57,418 bases of DNA from the NCBI GenBank assembly GCA_016783905.1, contig JADHVQ010000004.1:1-57418 (forward strand), given 5' to 3'. Every line of letters begins with the position of its first letter. The first letter of the stretch is position 1. The notes under the pieces are model-generated. The model was not told the DNA's origin. It saw only the letters and a list, made by a program, of their open reading frames with translations, and did no database searches. The stretch is from Bacteroidales bacterium. Lineage in GTDB: Bacteria > Bacteroidota > Bacteroidia > Bacteroidales > FEN-979. Below, piece by piece: positions 39,434-47,940 of this stretch. A program made the translations under genes and the position numbers.

Positions 39434-41836
39434 TCAGATGATCAGACTGCCCAGCTGGTAGACAGAGAATGAAAGGAGCCAGGCGAGTACTGTGGTGTAA
39501 AGGATCAAGAACAGCGCCCACTTCCAGCTTCCGGATTCCCGGCTAACGGTGACGATGACAGCCACACAGGGCATATAAATCAGGATGAAGAGCAGGTAAG
39601 AGATGCCTACGATGGGAGTAAAGATTGGTTTGCCGAGCTGAGGGCCTTCGCTGTATCTGACATTCTTAAGGATCAGGGGGAGATTCTGTTTCGGGCTCCC
39701 TTCCGGTTTATGATCCGAGCCATACAGCACACCCATCGTACTGACTACCACCTCTTTGGCAGCGGCTCCTGTGATCAGGCTCACCCCCATCTTCCAGTCG
39801 AAGCCGAGTGGCTGGATCACCGGCTCAATGAATTTTCCGATACGGGCAATGTAGGATTCCTCCAGCCGTTTCTGGGGTGAAGCCTGGCTCCCGGCAGGAA
39901 AATATTCAAGAGCCCAGATGATGATGACAGCAACCAGGATGATCCCGCTCATTTTCCGGAGGTATTGCTGGCCTTTCTCCCACATATGCCGCAAACTGAC
40001 ACGGAGAGTTGGGATGCGATAAGGCGGAAGTTCCATCACAAAGGGGGCCTGCTTGCTTTTGAAGAGTGTTTTCTTGAAGATCAGCGAAACCAGCACGGCC
40101 AGAATAATCCCCGTGAGGTAGATCAGAAAGATCACCGTTCCGGCATGGTCAGGAAAGATCGCTCCTGTAATGAGAATATAAACCGGTAGCCGGGCGCTGC
40201 ACGACATAAAGGGATTGATCAGCATGGTGGCCAGTCGGTCATTGCGGTCACGGAGGGTTCGGGTGACCATGATAGCCGGAACATTGCACCCAAAACCCAT
40301 GATGAGGGGGATGAACGATTGGCCATGCAGGCCCATCTTGTGCATCAGTTTATCCATGATAAACGCAGCCCTGGCCATGTAACCGGTATCCTCCATGATC
40401 GCGATAAAAAAGAATAGGATCAGGATATTGGGCAGGAAGACAATGACACTTCCTACCCCATTGATCACCCCGTCGACCAGGAGGTCTTTCAGCGGTCCCT
40501 GGGGCAACAGGGCGCTGACCTCCCCGCTGATCCATCCCACGCCGGCTTCGATCCACTCCTTGGGGTACTCGCCCAGCGAGAAAGTGGTCTGGAACATGAA
40601 CCAGAGGAAAAAGATAAAGAGAGGAAAACCGAAATATTTATTGGTGAGGATCCGGTCGATCAGATCGCTCTTCGAATACAATTTTTGCTCAGAAGGATTT
40701 ACATGCAGGGTTTCCTTCAGGGCGCCGGCGATGAAGCCGTACCGGGCATCCGTGATAAGGGTGGTGGAGTCGTCGCGGTAGATCCGTTCCAGCCGTTGCA
40801 CCTCCTGGTCTACCACCTCCAGGATCTCCTTGTAAACGCTGCTCTTCATCAGGATTTGGGCAATGTCTGGATCTTTTTCCAGAAGTTTGAGGGCGTAATA
40901 ACGTGAGGAGGCCTTTAGTGTCACCGTTTGGTCTTTCCAGATCACATCCTGGATCCTGGCCAGCGAACGCTCAATCTCCATGCCGTAATTGATGTGGATG
41001 TGACGCGTCACCGGGTCTCTGTCCTCGTACACTTCAATGATCCTATCAAAGAGCTCCCGTATCCCTTTACCTTTGGAACTGACGGTGGGGATCACAGGGA
41101 TCCCGAGCAGTTTTCCAAGCCCTTCGTAATTCATAATATCTCCACGGTTGGTCAGCTCATCGTACATATTGAGGGCAAGCACTACCCGGATGTCTTTGTC
41201 GATCAGCTGGGTAGTGAGGAAAAGGTTACGTTCCAGGTTGGAAGCATCCACCACATTGACCACGATGTCGGGCATCTCCATGAAGATGTGGCTCCGCACA
41301 TATAGCTCTTCAGGTGAATAGGCTGAAAGAGAGTAGGTCCCCGGGAGGTCGGTGATCTCAAAACGATAGCCTTTTTGCTTGAATGAAGCCGTTTTGGAAC
41401 CCACCGTCACCCCTCCGAAATTGCCCACATGTTCCCGCGACCTGGAGATGTAATTGAAAAGAGTAGTTTTGCCGCAGTTTGGGTTTCCAACCAGGGCAAC
41501 CTCAATTGTTTTCCCTTTCTCTCCGGCTGTTTTTCTCAGCAGCTCCTCCTGAAAGGTTCCGCTGAAATGCTCTGCAATTTCGCGGATCTCTTCTTCGTGC
41601 CGAACCTCATTATCGGAGAGCACCTCCACCAGTTGGGCTTCACTTTGCCGGAGAGAGACGTGGTAGCCCATGATCTTGTATTCGATCGGATCCTGTAGAG
41701 GGGCCGATTTGACTACGGTAATCTCTTTCCCTTTCACAAAGCCCATCTCCATCAGCCGGCGGCGGAAATGTCCGCGCCCTCTGATTTTGATGATCCGGGC
41801 TGTTTCTCCCTGTCGTAAATCGAGAAGAGTTGACAA
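39434..41836 (-). CDS. feoB: Ferrous iron transporter, FeoA-FeoB fusion
   Basis: N-terminal FeoA (RRRLMEMG, APLQDP); GNPNCGKT, DLPGTYS, GFGCNVP, MSCSAR, MELPPY; TTG start. Confidence 0.96.
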   Translation of the reverse strand: MSTLLDLRQGETARIIKIRGRGHFRRRLMEMGFVKGKEITVVKSAPLQDPIEYKIMGYHVSLRQSEAQLVEVLSDNEVRHEEEIREIAEHFSGTFQEELLRKTAGEKGKTIEVALVGNPNCGKTTLFNYISRSREHVGNFGGVTVGSKTASFKQKGYRFEITDLPGTYSLSAYSPEELYVRSHIFMEMPDIVVNVVDASNLERNLFLTTQLIDKDIRVVLALNMYDELTNRGDIMNYEGLGKLLGIPVIPTVSSKGKGIRELFDRIIEVYEDRDPVTRHIHINYGMEIERSLARIQDVIWKDQTVTLKASSRYYALKLLEKDPDIAQILMKSSVYKEILEVVDQEVQRLERIYRDDSTTLITDARYGFIAGALKETLHVNPSEQKLYSKSDLIDRILTNKYFGFPLFIFFLWFMFQTTFSLGEYPKEWIEAGVGWISGEVSALLPQGPLKDLLVDGVINGVGSVIVFLPNILILFFFIAIMEDTGYMARAAFIMDKLMHKMGLHGQSFIPLIMGFGCNVPAIMVTRTLRDRNDRLATMLINPFMSCSARLPVYILITGAIFPDHAGTVIFLIYLTGIILAVLVSLIFKKTLFKSKQAPFVMELPPYRIPTLRVSLRHMWEKGQQYLRKMSGIILVAVIIIWALEYFPAGSQASPQKRLEESYIARIGKFIEPVIQPLGFDWKMGVSLITGAAAKEVVVSTMGVLYGSDHKPEGSPKQNLPLILKNVRYSEGPQLGKPIFTPIVGISYLLFILIYMPCVAVIVTVSRESGSWKWALFLILYTTVLAWLLSFSVYQLGSLII

Positions 41837-41841
41837 TTAAT

Positions 41842-42450
41842 TTAGATTAAATAAGGGAATGCAAAAGTACGAAAAAAATCAGTTACCTCAGGACCGAGAT
41901 TAAACAACAAATCCACCACACTCAGATCCTGCTGAAACCCGTGCCGGTCGGCGAACACCTGGTAGTACTCCGGATGCCGGATGCCTGATGCCTGCCTCAG
42001 GTCAATGGCGCCTGGAACCTTGTTCAGGTAGCTTTCGGTTAGTGAGACTGATTTGTCCAGCCGGATTGCCTGGAATATTGTTTCCAGGAGCTGCAGGTTA
42101 AAGTCTATCAAGTAGGTGAACTCTTTTTCGTAATAGGGTATTAGATAGTCCTGGTAATAAAGGAAGTATGGCGATTTGTTGTAAGCAGCCTCAAAGGATT
42201 TCCAGTGAATCTTTTGCCAGGGCAGGTGTTTCGCTATCCGGACATCCTTTGTTTTCGTATGGTTTCCATTGGGGCGATTGACAGGAATAGTCAGTCTCAG
42301 CCTGCCGTTCTGACCACCAATCTCGCAGTGGTTGCGAAGCGTTTGCTTAGGATAAGTCTCCCACGCTTCAATCCATACTTTATCTGCTTCCACACAGGCG
42401 GCCATATATGAAATGGGTGGCAGATAAGCGGTGGGGAGTAAAACGGTCAT
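41842..42450 (-). CDS. WbqC family protein
   Basis: AYLPPISY, KQT.RN.C.I, HWKS..AAY.KSPYF, YYQVF, LSVVDLLFNLGP. Confidence 0.9.
   Translation of the reverse strand: MTVLLPTAYLPPISYMAACVEADKVWIEAWETYPKQTLRNHCEIGGQNGRLRLTIPVNRPNGNHTKTKDVRIAKHLPWQKIHWKSFEAAYNKSPYFLYYQDYLIPYYEKEFTYLIDFNLQLLETIFQAIRLDKSVSLTESYLNKVPGAIDLRQASGIRHPEYYQVFADRHGFQQDLSVVDLLFNLGPEVTDFFRTFAFPYLI
41862..41869 (-). promoter_or_regulatory. -7 element TACTTTTG for feoB, inside the wbqC 3' end
   Basis: Exact TAnnTTTG 26 nt upstream of the feoB start. Confidence 0.5.
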
Positions 42451-42511
42451 AAAGTCATTAGGAAATTACGAAATACGAAATACGAAATATAGCATCCGGC
42501 ATCGAAGGTAT

Positions 42512-42547
42512 AAAAAAACCGCAGCAGGAACATAGCCTACCGCGGTT
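42512..42547 (-). terminator. Rho-independent terminator after the thioredoxin genes
   Basis: AACCGCGGTAGG-loop-CCTGCTGCGGTT 12-bp stem (two G-U pairs) followed by a U tract. Confidence 0.8.
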
Positions 42548-42581
42548 AAAAGCAGCTTGAATAGGTAGTAAAGTAGTTGGA

Positions 42582-42849
42582 TTAGTTTTTCGTTTTCAGT
42601 AGTACGTCATCAATAAGCAGCCGATAATTCCTGCTGGTCTTCGGTGGCTACTTTGTAGATGTTAATTTTTCCGTTGTACTCTTTCGAGAGCTCCTCCAGT
42701 ACAGGCGCCACCATCTTGCAAGGCCCGCACCAGTCGGCATAAAAATCGATGATACAGGGCAGCTCTCCCTCAAATTTCCAATCTTTGTTTGCTTCAAAAT
42801 TGAAGACCTTTTCAAAAAAAGTCTCCTTGGTTAAATGTTCAATGGTCAT
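42582..42849 (-). pseudogene. Thioredoxin with a frameshifting internal deletion
   Basis: DFYADWCGPCK intact; frame stops at ELSAAY*; C-terminal IDDVLLKTKN* follows in another frame (TAA at 42582-42584). Confidence 0.8.
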
Positions 42850-42910
42850 AGTTGTTATTTTTTATGGTATTAACGAACTTCGGTTCATGAACACCAAAAT
42901 ATCGACCCTG

Positions 42911-43417
42911 TTACTTCACTAGCAGTACCTCTGTGATGGCCTGGACGAACGTAGGTTTGGGCAGGGCGCCTACCGACATCTGCGGCTTCCCCTCTTTCGG
43001 AATAAACAGCACCGCCGGAATCGACCGGATGTTGAAGACCTGGGCAAGCTCTTTCTGCTTTTCAGTATCTATTTTGTAAATCCGGATCTTTCCTTTGTAC
43101 TCGGCTGCCAGTTCATCCATGATCGGCGCCACCATCTTACACGGACGGCACCAGTCGGCATAGAAATCAATGATCACCGGAAGATCTCCGTTAAAGATCC
43201 AGGTGTCGGCATGTTTGCTGTAATCCCACACCAGTACTTTGAATTGTTCCGCATTCAGGTGCATCACTTTTCCCTGGTCGGTCAGGTTCCCGCCGGCAGG
43301 TGTTTCACTCGTCGCTGTTGTATCAGAGGTTTTCGCACGATCGTTGCTGCTGCAGGCTGTCAGGCTCATTGCCAGGGTAAATCCTATAAGAAATGAATAT
43401 TTTTTCATGATTTTCAT
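42911..43417 (-). CDS. Thioredoxin lipoprotein
   Basis: Lipobox LTAC; DFYADWCRPCK; IRSIP. Confidence 0.9.
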   Translation of the reverse strand: MKIMKKYSFLIGFTLAMSLTACSSNDRAKTSDTTATSETPAGGNLTDQGKVMHLNAEQFKVLVWDYSKHADTWIFNGDLPVIIDFYADWCRPCKMVAPIMDELAAEYKGKIRIYKIDTEKQKELAQVFNIRSIPAVLFIPKEGKPQMSVGALPKPTFVQAITEVLLVK

Positions 43418-43439
43418 GTTTAATGACGATGCAAAGCGA

Positions 43440-45632
43440 TTAGTTAATTACCAGCTTTGTGGCATGACTACTTGCATCTCCGGTCATCCGAACCAGATAG
43501 ATGCCGGCCTGCAACCCAGTCAAATCAATCTCTTTTACATTCTTCCCTGGTGTTGATTCCCACACTGCTTCCCTCACTGGACGGCTGTCTGCTGTAAAGA
43601 TCACCAGGTGAATCGGTGATGCCTCGAAGGAGAAAAACTGGATGGTGACCTGGTTGGAAGCAGGATTTGGAAAGAGTTGCAGATTCCTGATCGCACTCAC
43701 ATCATCTATACCGATATTGGGCTTCTTCGGGTAATAGAGCTTCCATCCATTAGCCGTGATGGTGCTGTTGGTCATAAAAACCAGGAACATCTTACCGCTG
43801 GGTGAGGTAACCGAATCAGGAAGGCTGCCAGGAGCATACTTCCCTGATAGCCTCACCAGGGTATCTCCGGTTCCCAGGTCGTAGATGGTCAGAAAATCGT
43901 GCCCCTCCTCCGTATCAAAGTATTCAAAGTAGACAGTCAACGGATCGCCTGATTCGGTCTCCACTTTCCATTTGCACGACGAGTTGTTATAGTAGTTGAA
44001 ATCAAAGCTTCCGTCAGTGATTTCGGCAGTGTCGGATTTGATGGTAGTGATACTGCTGCACCAGACCGGCTGGTTAGCCTTGTAGTTGGCGAGGAAGCCA
44101 TTGGCCGGGGGATTGCCAGTGGCTTCAAAAGTGATCAGGAGTTGATTTCCGGAGGAGACAATTTCAGGGGGCAGCTGGTCGCCGGAATAATTTCCGATGA
44201 CCGGGTCGCTGGTGGTTCCTCCATTATGAACCGTTACGAAATCATCCGGATTGGTGTCAAACCGGTCGAAGTTCAGAGTGATGCTGGTCACGGAGTCGGC
44301 GATGGTCTGGGGAGCGATCAGCCAGCTGCAGTTGGCGGTTGGCAGGTAATCATCCACAGGTCCGCTTCCGTCTTCAAATGACCCAACCTTATGGATAAAT
44401 TCAAGGTTGCCGGAGCACTGCACAGGATAGGCATAGTTGACCGTATCCGGAAAACAATGGATCACCACCTCCTGTGCCAGGTTGAAATTGTAACCTCCTG
44501 GTGTCAGGTCGCTGGTATAGAAGTATCCGTCATTGCTGCCACCCCATCCAAAGTTGAAATGAAAAAAGCAGGAGTCCTGGTAGCCGTCGCACACAAAGGC
44601 ATGGCCACTGGTGTCAGGCACCGACCAGCCGGCATAATACATCGGGATCTTCCGGTCGAGGTGGGCAATCAGCACACTGTCCCAGTTGAGGGTAGTGCTG
44701 TCGCGGTACAGGTATTGTGTTCCGGGTGCATACTTAAAGAAGCTCCTCAATGAATAGGCTGCCTTATGGTTGTACATTCCCGATCCTGACGGGCCGTATT
44801 GCAGGTCGCAGGATACCCCCAGGTGGTATATCAGTTCGGCGATGGCCAGGTTTGAGCGGTTGATGCTGTTAGTCATCTCATTCCACTTGTATGTTGTAGC
44901 CCCGAAGTCAGCGGTGAGCACGCCGTAATTGGGTTCGGTGTAGGTATAGGATCCGGTACCTGTCTCCGGCCAGCGGAAGTAGTACATCACCTGGGCCATG
45001 CACACGGGAACGCACCCTGCCACGCAGTGGCCGCCCGGACCAGCGGGATCAGCAGGACACAGCTCATTGTACCAGGGGCTCTGGTTCCAGTGGCTCGTGA
45101 TGAGCGGCTCAACAGAACGAAGGACGAAGGATTCGGATTTTGTGTTCCGGGTTTCGGGTTGATTCCCCTCCCTTTGTGGGGAGGGGTCAGGGGAGGGGTA
45201 AAATCGCAAATCGGTCAACTTATTCCACATTTCCACGGCCCGGGGATAGGGCGCAACGTTTTCGCGGATCGCATACCGGATCTGATCCTCGTACTGCTTC
45301 ATCCAGGCGGTGAACTGGGGAGCCTGGTTGCTCTCCTCATACGATCCTTCGAAGGAATAGGCCAGGATAGGGAACACAGCATCATCGGCTGCGATGGCAA
45401 TCCATCCTTCCGGGTCCAGGTTGAAGACATAATAAAGCGGTAAACCTGGATCGGCGTTGACATAGGTTGTTTTAATAATCAATCCATCGGGTGTAAAGGC
45501 CTGAGTATTCGGACCTCGTTCAAAGAAAAAATTCCTGGCAGCCTGTGAGGCCTGCTCTTCAGACACCTGTTCAGCATATCCAAAGAAGGAGGTGCACAGG
45601 ATGAAGATCACGATGATGATGTTCCGGTTCAT
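43440..45632 (-). CDS. C10 (streptopain-like) cysteine peptidase with two CUB domains and T9SS C-terminal domain
   Basis: Signal and propeptide; WNQSPWYN, AGCV, GHAFVCDGY, NFGWGG; CUB repeats; LFPNPA...GIYLV...KLVI. Confidence 0.92.
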   Translation of the reverse strand: MNRNIIIVIFILCTSFFGYAEQVSEEQASQAARNFFFERGPNTQAFTPDGLIIKTTYVNADPGLPLYYVFNLDPEGWIAIAADDAVFPILAYSFEGSYEESNQAPQFTAWMKQYEDQIRYAIRENVAPYPRAVEMWNKLTDLRFYPSPDPSPQREGNQPETRNTKSESFVLRSVEPLITSHWNQSPWYNELCPADPAGPGGHCVAGCVPVCMAQVMYYFRWPETGTGSYTYTEPNYGVLTADFGATTYKWNEMTNSINRSNLAIAELIYHLGVSCDLQYGPSGSGMYNHKAAYSLRSFFKYAPGTQYLYRDSTTLNWDSVLIAHLDRKIPMYYAGWSVPDTSGHAFVCDGYQDSCFFHFNFGWGGSNDGYFYTSDLTPGGYNFNLAQEVVIHCFPDTVNYAYPVQCSGNLEFIHKVGSFEDGSGPVDDYLPTANCSWLIAPQTIADSVTSITLNFDRFDTNPDDFVTVHNGGTTSDPVIGNYSGDQLPPEIVSSGNQLLITFEATGNPPANGFLANYKANQPVWCSSITTIKSDTAEITDGSFDFNYYNNSSCKWKVETESGDPLTVYFEYFDTEEGHDFLTIYDLGTGDTLVRLSGKYAPGSLPDSVTSPSGKMFLVFMTNSTITANGWKLYYPKKPNIGIDDVSAIRNLQLFPNPASNQVTIQFFSFEASPIHLVIFTADSRPVREAVWESTPGKNVKEIDLTGLQAGIYLVRMTGDASSHATKLVIN
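45114..45199. repeat. Family B palindrome plus heptamer remnants inserted in frame in the C10 peptidase
   Basis: CCCCTCCC-TTTGTG-GGGAGGGG-TCAGGGGAGGGGT next to aacccga/aacccgg and tccttcg units; encodes PSPDPSPQREGNQPETRNTKSESFVLRS. Confidence 0.75.
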
Positions 45633-45649
45633 GACGTGGTATTTTGAAT

Positions 45650-45684
45650 AAAAAAAAAGCGCACCGGTGAAGTTCCGGTACGCT
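45650..45684 (-). terminator. Rho-independent terminator between the two C10 peptidase genes
   Basis: AGCGTACCGG-AACTTCA-CCGGTGCGCT followed by a long U tract. Confidence 0.85.
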
Positions 45685-45712
45685 AATATACAAAAAAGTT
45701 CTTCTCAGAATG

Positions 45713-47839
45713 CTATTGAACGATCACCTTTGTATTCGAAACGCCCTGCTCACTGGTGATCCGGAGCATGTAAACACCCTTTGAAAAATCCTGGAGGTTG
45801 ATTTGCTCTTCGATCTGACCCTGCATGCCACCTGATACAGTGGTATAAACACGGGTACCTTTCAGTGAAAAGAGATCGAGTTGAACTGTCCGCAAGGAGG
45901 ATCCGTCAAACTTCACATACAGGTAATCGTGAGCAGGATTAGGATAGATGTAGAGGTCATCCACTGCGGCTGACTCTTCGGTGCCTACCGTGATTGAGTA
46001 GCTGGCATCCCAGCCGGCTCCCCTGACGGTCTTGTTGGTGATCCACATCACCAGCATCTCGCCGCTGTTTGCCGTGATGCCGGTAGGCGGGTCGGTCATA
46101 TTTCCGGAATAGGTTCCCAGCAAGGTCCCCGTGCCAAGATCATACACCAGGATCTTATCATGGGTCTCTTCGGTATTGATGCTGTTGAAGTCCAGAATCA
46201 CCGTGGCGGCATCGGTAGGCCTGATGTACCATTTGCACAGGGTGCTGTTCCGGTAATCATAGCTTCCACTCCCATCGCTGATGTCACCCGAAGGAGCAGT
46301 AAGGTTGGTAGTTGATTCACAGAAATTAATCAGGTCACAATAATACTCGGCCAGGAATCCCTGTGCAGTGCCTGATCCATTGGTGATAAAGGTGACATAC
46401 ATGGCCGGCCCTGTGGTGGAAACATCCGGGGGCAGGGCCGAACCCGAATATGTTCCAAGGAGGGGATCACTGGCGGAATCGCCATCGTAGATATTGAGTT
46501 CATCGCCGGAGGCCAGATCGAAACGAAGGAACGAGATAGTTACATCCTCCACCCCGTCATCCGGAGCGATCAGCCAGGAGCAGTTGGCATTGCTCTCGTA
46601 ATCTTCCAGCGGTCCGCTTCCATCTTCAAGGGCTCCGAAATTGTATGTGATGAGATCGGTTTGTCCGCTGCAATAGGAGGGGTAATAGGCCGGATCAGGT
46701 TTAATCTGGAAAACAGCAGTCTGGTTGCTGTTGAAGTAAGATCCACCAGGAGTCAGGCCTGTAAGGTAGAAATATCCGTTGTAGGCTCCACCCCAGCCCC
46801 AGTTCATGTGGTAATAGTCGCTTCCCTGGTAGCCATCGCATACCCAGGCATGACCTCCATCGGCGCCCGATCCTGAATATTCGACCGGTCTGCCTGCATT
46901 CAGGTCGGTTTGGAGCAGGTTATGCCACTGAGAGGTTGAGTATGCATACTTCTCGGCATAATAGGTGGTGGAAGAGTATTTGAAATAGTTTTTCAAGGCG
47001 TTGGCTACTTTATAGACATACGCCCCTGAGCCTGTTGGTCCGTACTGCATATCCACAGAGATGCCGCAATGCCAGGCAAGTAAAGCTACCGGATCGCACT
47101 CCTTGTTGGGATTATCGGTCATCCCGTCCCATTCGTATGTAGTAGTCCCGAAATCGGCACATTGCGGACCATATTGGGTTTGCTGCGGAACGATGCAGTG
47201 AGATCCTTGTCCGGTCTCCGGATGGCGCCAGTAATGCATGATCTGGCTCATGGCCGTAGCTACGCAGCCCACCGGAACACGTCCGTTAAATGAACCGCCG
47301 GCCTGAGCATCTTCCGGGCACATGCCGTTATATGGGAAGTCCTGATCCCAGATATCGGTGATCAGTGGTTCTACATCCAGTAGCAGTTCATCGGGAAGTG
47401 TCACAGGAGTGGGGACAGCGTATCTTTCCCAGGCATCGGTGATCTGCTGATCAGCCGGATAACCCTGAGCAATGGCTTCCAGGATTTCTCCCTTGTAGTT
47501 GTCCAGCCAGAACTGAACATGAGCCGGCATCGCTTCATTGGTCCAGTTGGTCTCAAAGGAGTACCCGATGACCGGGAAGAGCTGATCGTCGGCTGTTACG
47601 ATGATGTAACCGTTCTCTCCGATGTTGAAGATATAATAGGCCGTTACATCGTTTTCGGCCACCACGATCTCGCCGGTAATTTCCAGTGCGTCAAACGGGA
47701 CAGACTGGTTTTTATTGATCCGTTCGAAATAGAAATTGAGACCTGCCTGCCTGGCCTGGTCAACTTCGACTTTTTTCGCATACACGGATAGCGTAATTCC
47801 CAACAATAAAAGGGAAAAAAGAAGCGTGAATCTTTTCAT
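45713..47839 (-). CDS. C10 cysteine peptidase with two CUB domains and T9SS C-terminal domain (paralog)
   Basis: WDQDFPYN, VGCVATA, GHAWVCDGY, NWGWGG; CUB x2; IYPNPA...GVYML...KVIVQ. Confidence 0.93.
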   Translation of the reverse strand: MKRFTLLFSLLLLGITLSVYAKKVEVDQARQAGLNFYFERINKNQSVPFDALEITGEIVVAENDVTAYYIFNIGENGYIIVTADDQLFPVIGYSFETNWTNEAMPAHVQFWLDNYKGEILEAIAQGYPADQQITDAWERYAVPTPVTLPDELLLDVEPLITDIWDQDFPYNGMCPEDAQAGGSFNGRVPVGCVATAMSQIMHYWRHPETGQGSHCIVPQQTQYGPQCADFGTTTYEWDGMTDNPNKECDPVALLAWHCGISVDMQYGPTGSGAYVYKVANALKNYFKYSSTTYYAEKYAYSTSQWHNLLQTDLNAGRPVEYSGSGADGGHAWVCDGYQGSDYYHMNWGWGGAYNGYFYLTGLTPGGSYFNSNQTAVFQIKPDPAYYPSYCSGQTDLITYNFGALEDGSGPLEDYESNANCSWLIAPDDGVEDVTISFLRFDLASGDELNIYDGDSASDPLLGTYSGSALPPDVSTTGPAMYVTFITNGSGTAQGFLAEYYCDLINFCESTTNLTAPSGDISDGSGSYDYRNSTLCKWYIRPTDAATVILDFNSINTEETHDKILVYDLGTGTLLGTYSGNMTDPPTGITANSGEMLVMWITNKTVRGAGWDASYSITVGTEESAAVDDLYIYPNPAHDYLYVKFDGSSLRTVQLDLFSLKGTRVYTTVSGGMQGQIEEQINLQDFSKGVYMLRITSEQGVSNTKVIVQ

Positions 47840-47880
47840 TTGTAAATGTTTAATAATGATTATAGCTTTAGTTTCCAGTG

Positions 47881-47914
47881 CAAAGATATAAAAAAAACGA
47901 ATTCCTTACCTTTG
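47881..47914. promoter_or_regulatory. Back-to-back -7 elements: TATCTTTG (-, 47881-47888) and TACCTTTG (+, 47907-47914)
   Basis: Exact TAnnTTTG matches between the divergent C10 peptidase and hutI. Confidence 0.6.
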
Positions 47915-47940
47915 TTTCTTCTTCCAGAAAGTACAACTGC

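Noticed and set aside
42604-42612. Selenocysteine or read-through at the thioredoxin TGA TGA
   Set aside because: The read-through frame has no thioredoxin similarity; the true C-terminus is in another frame, pointing to a deletion.
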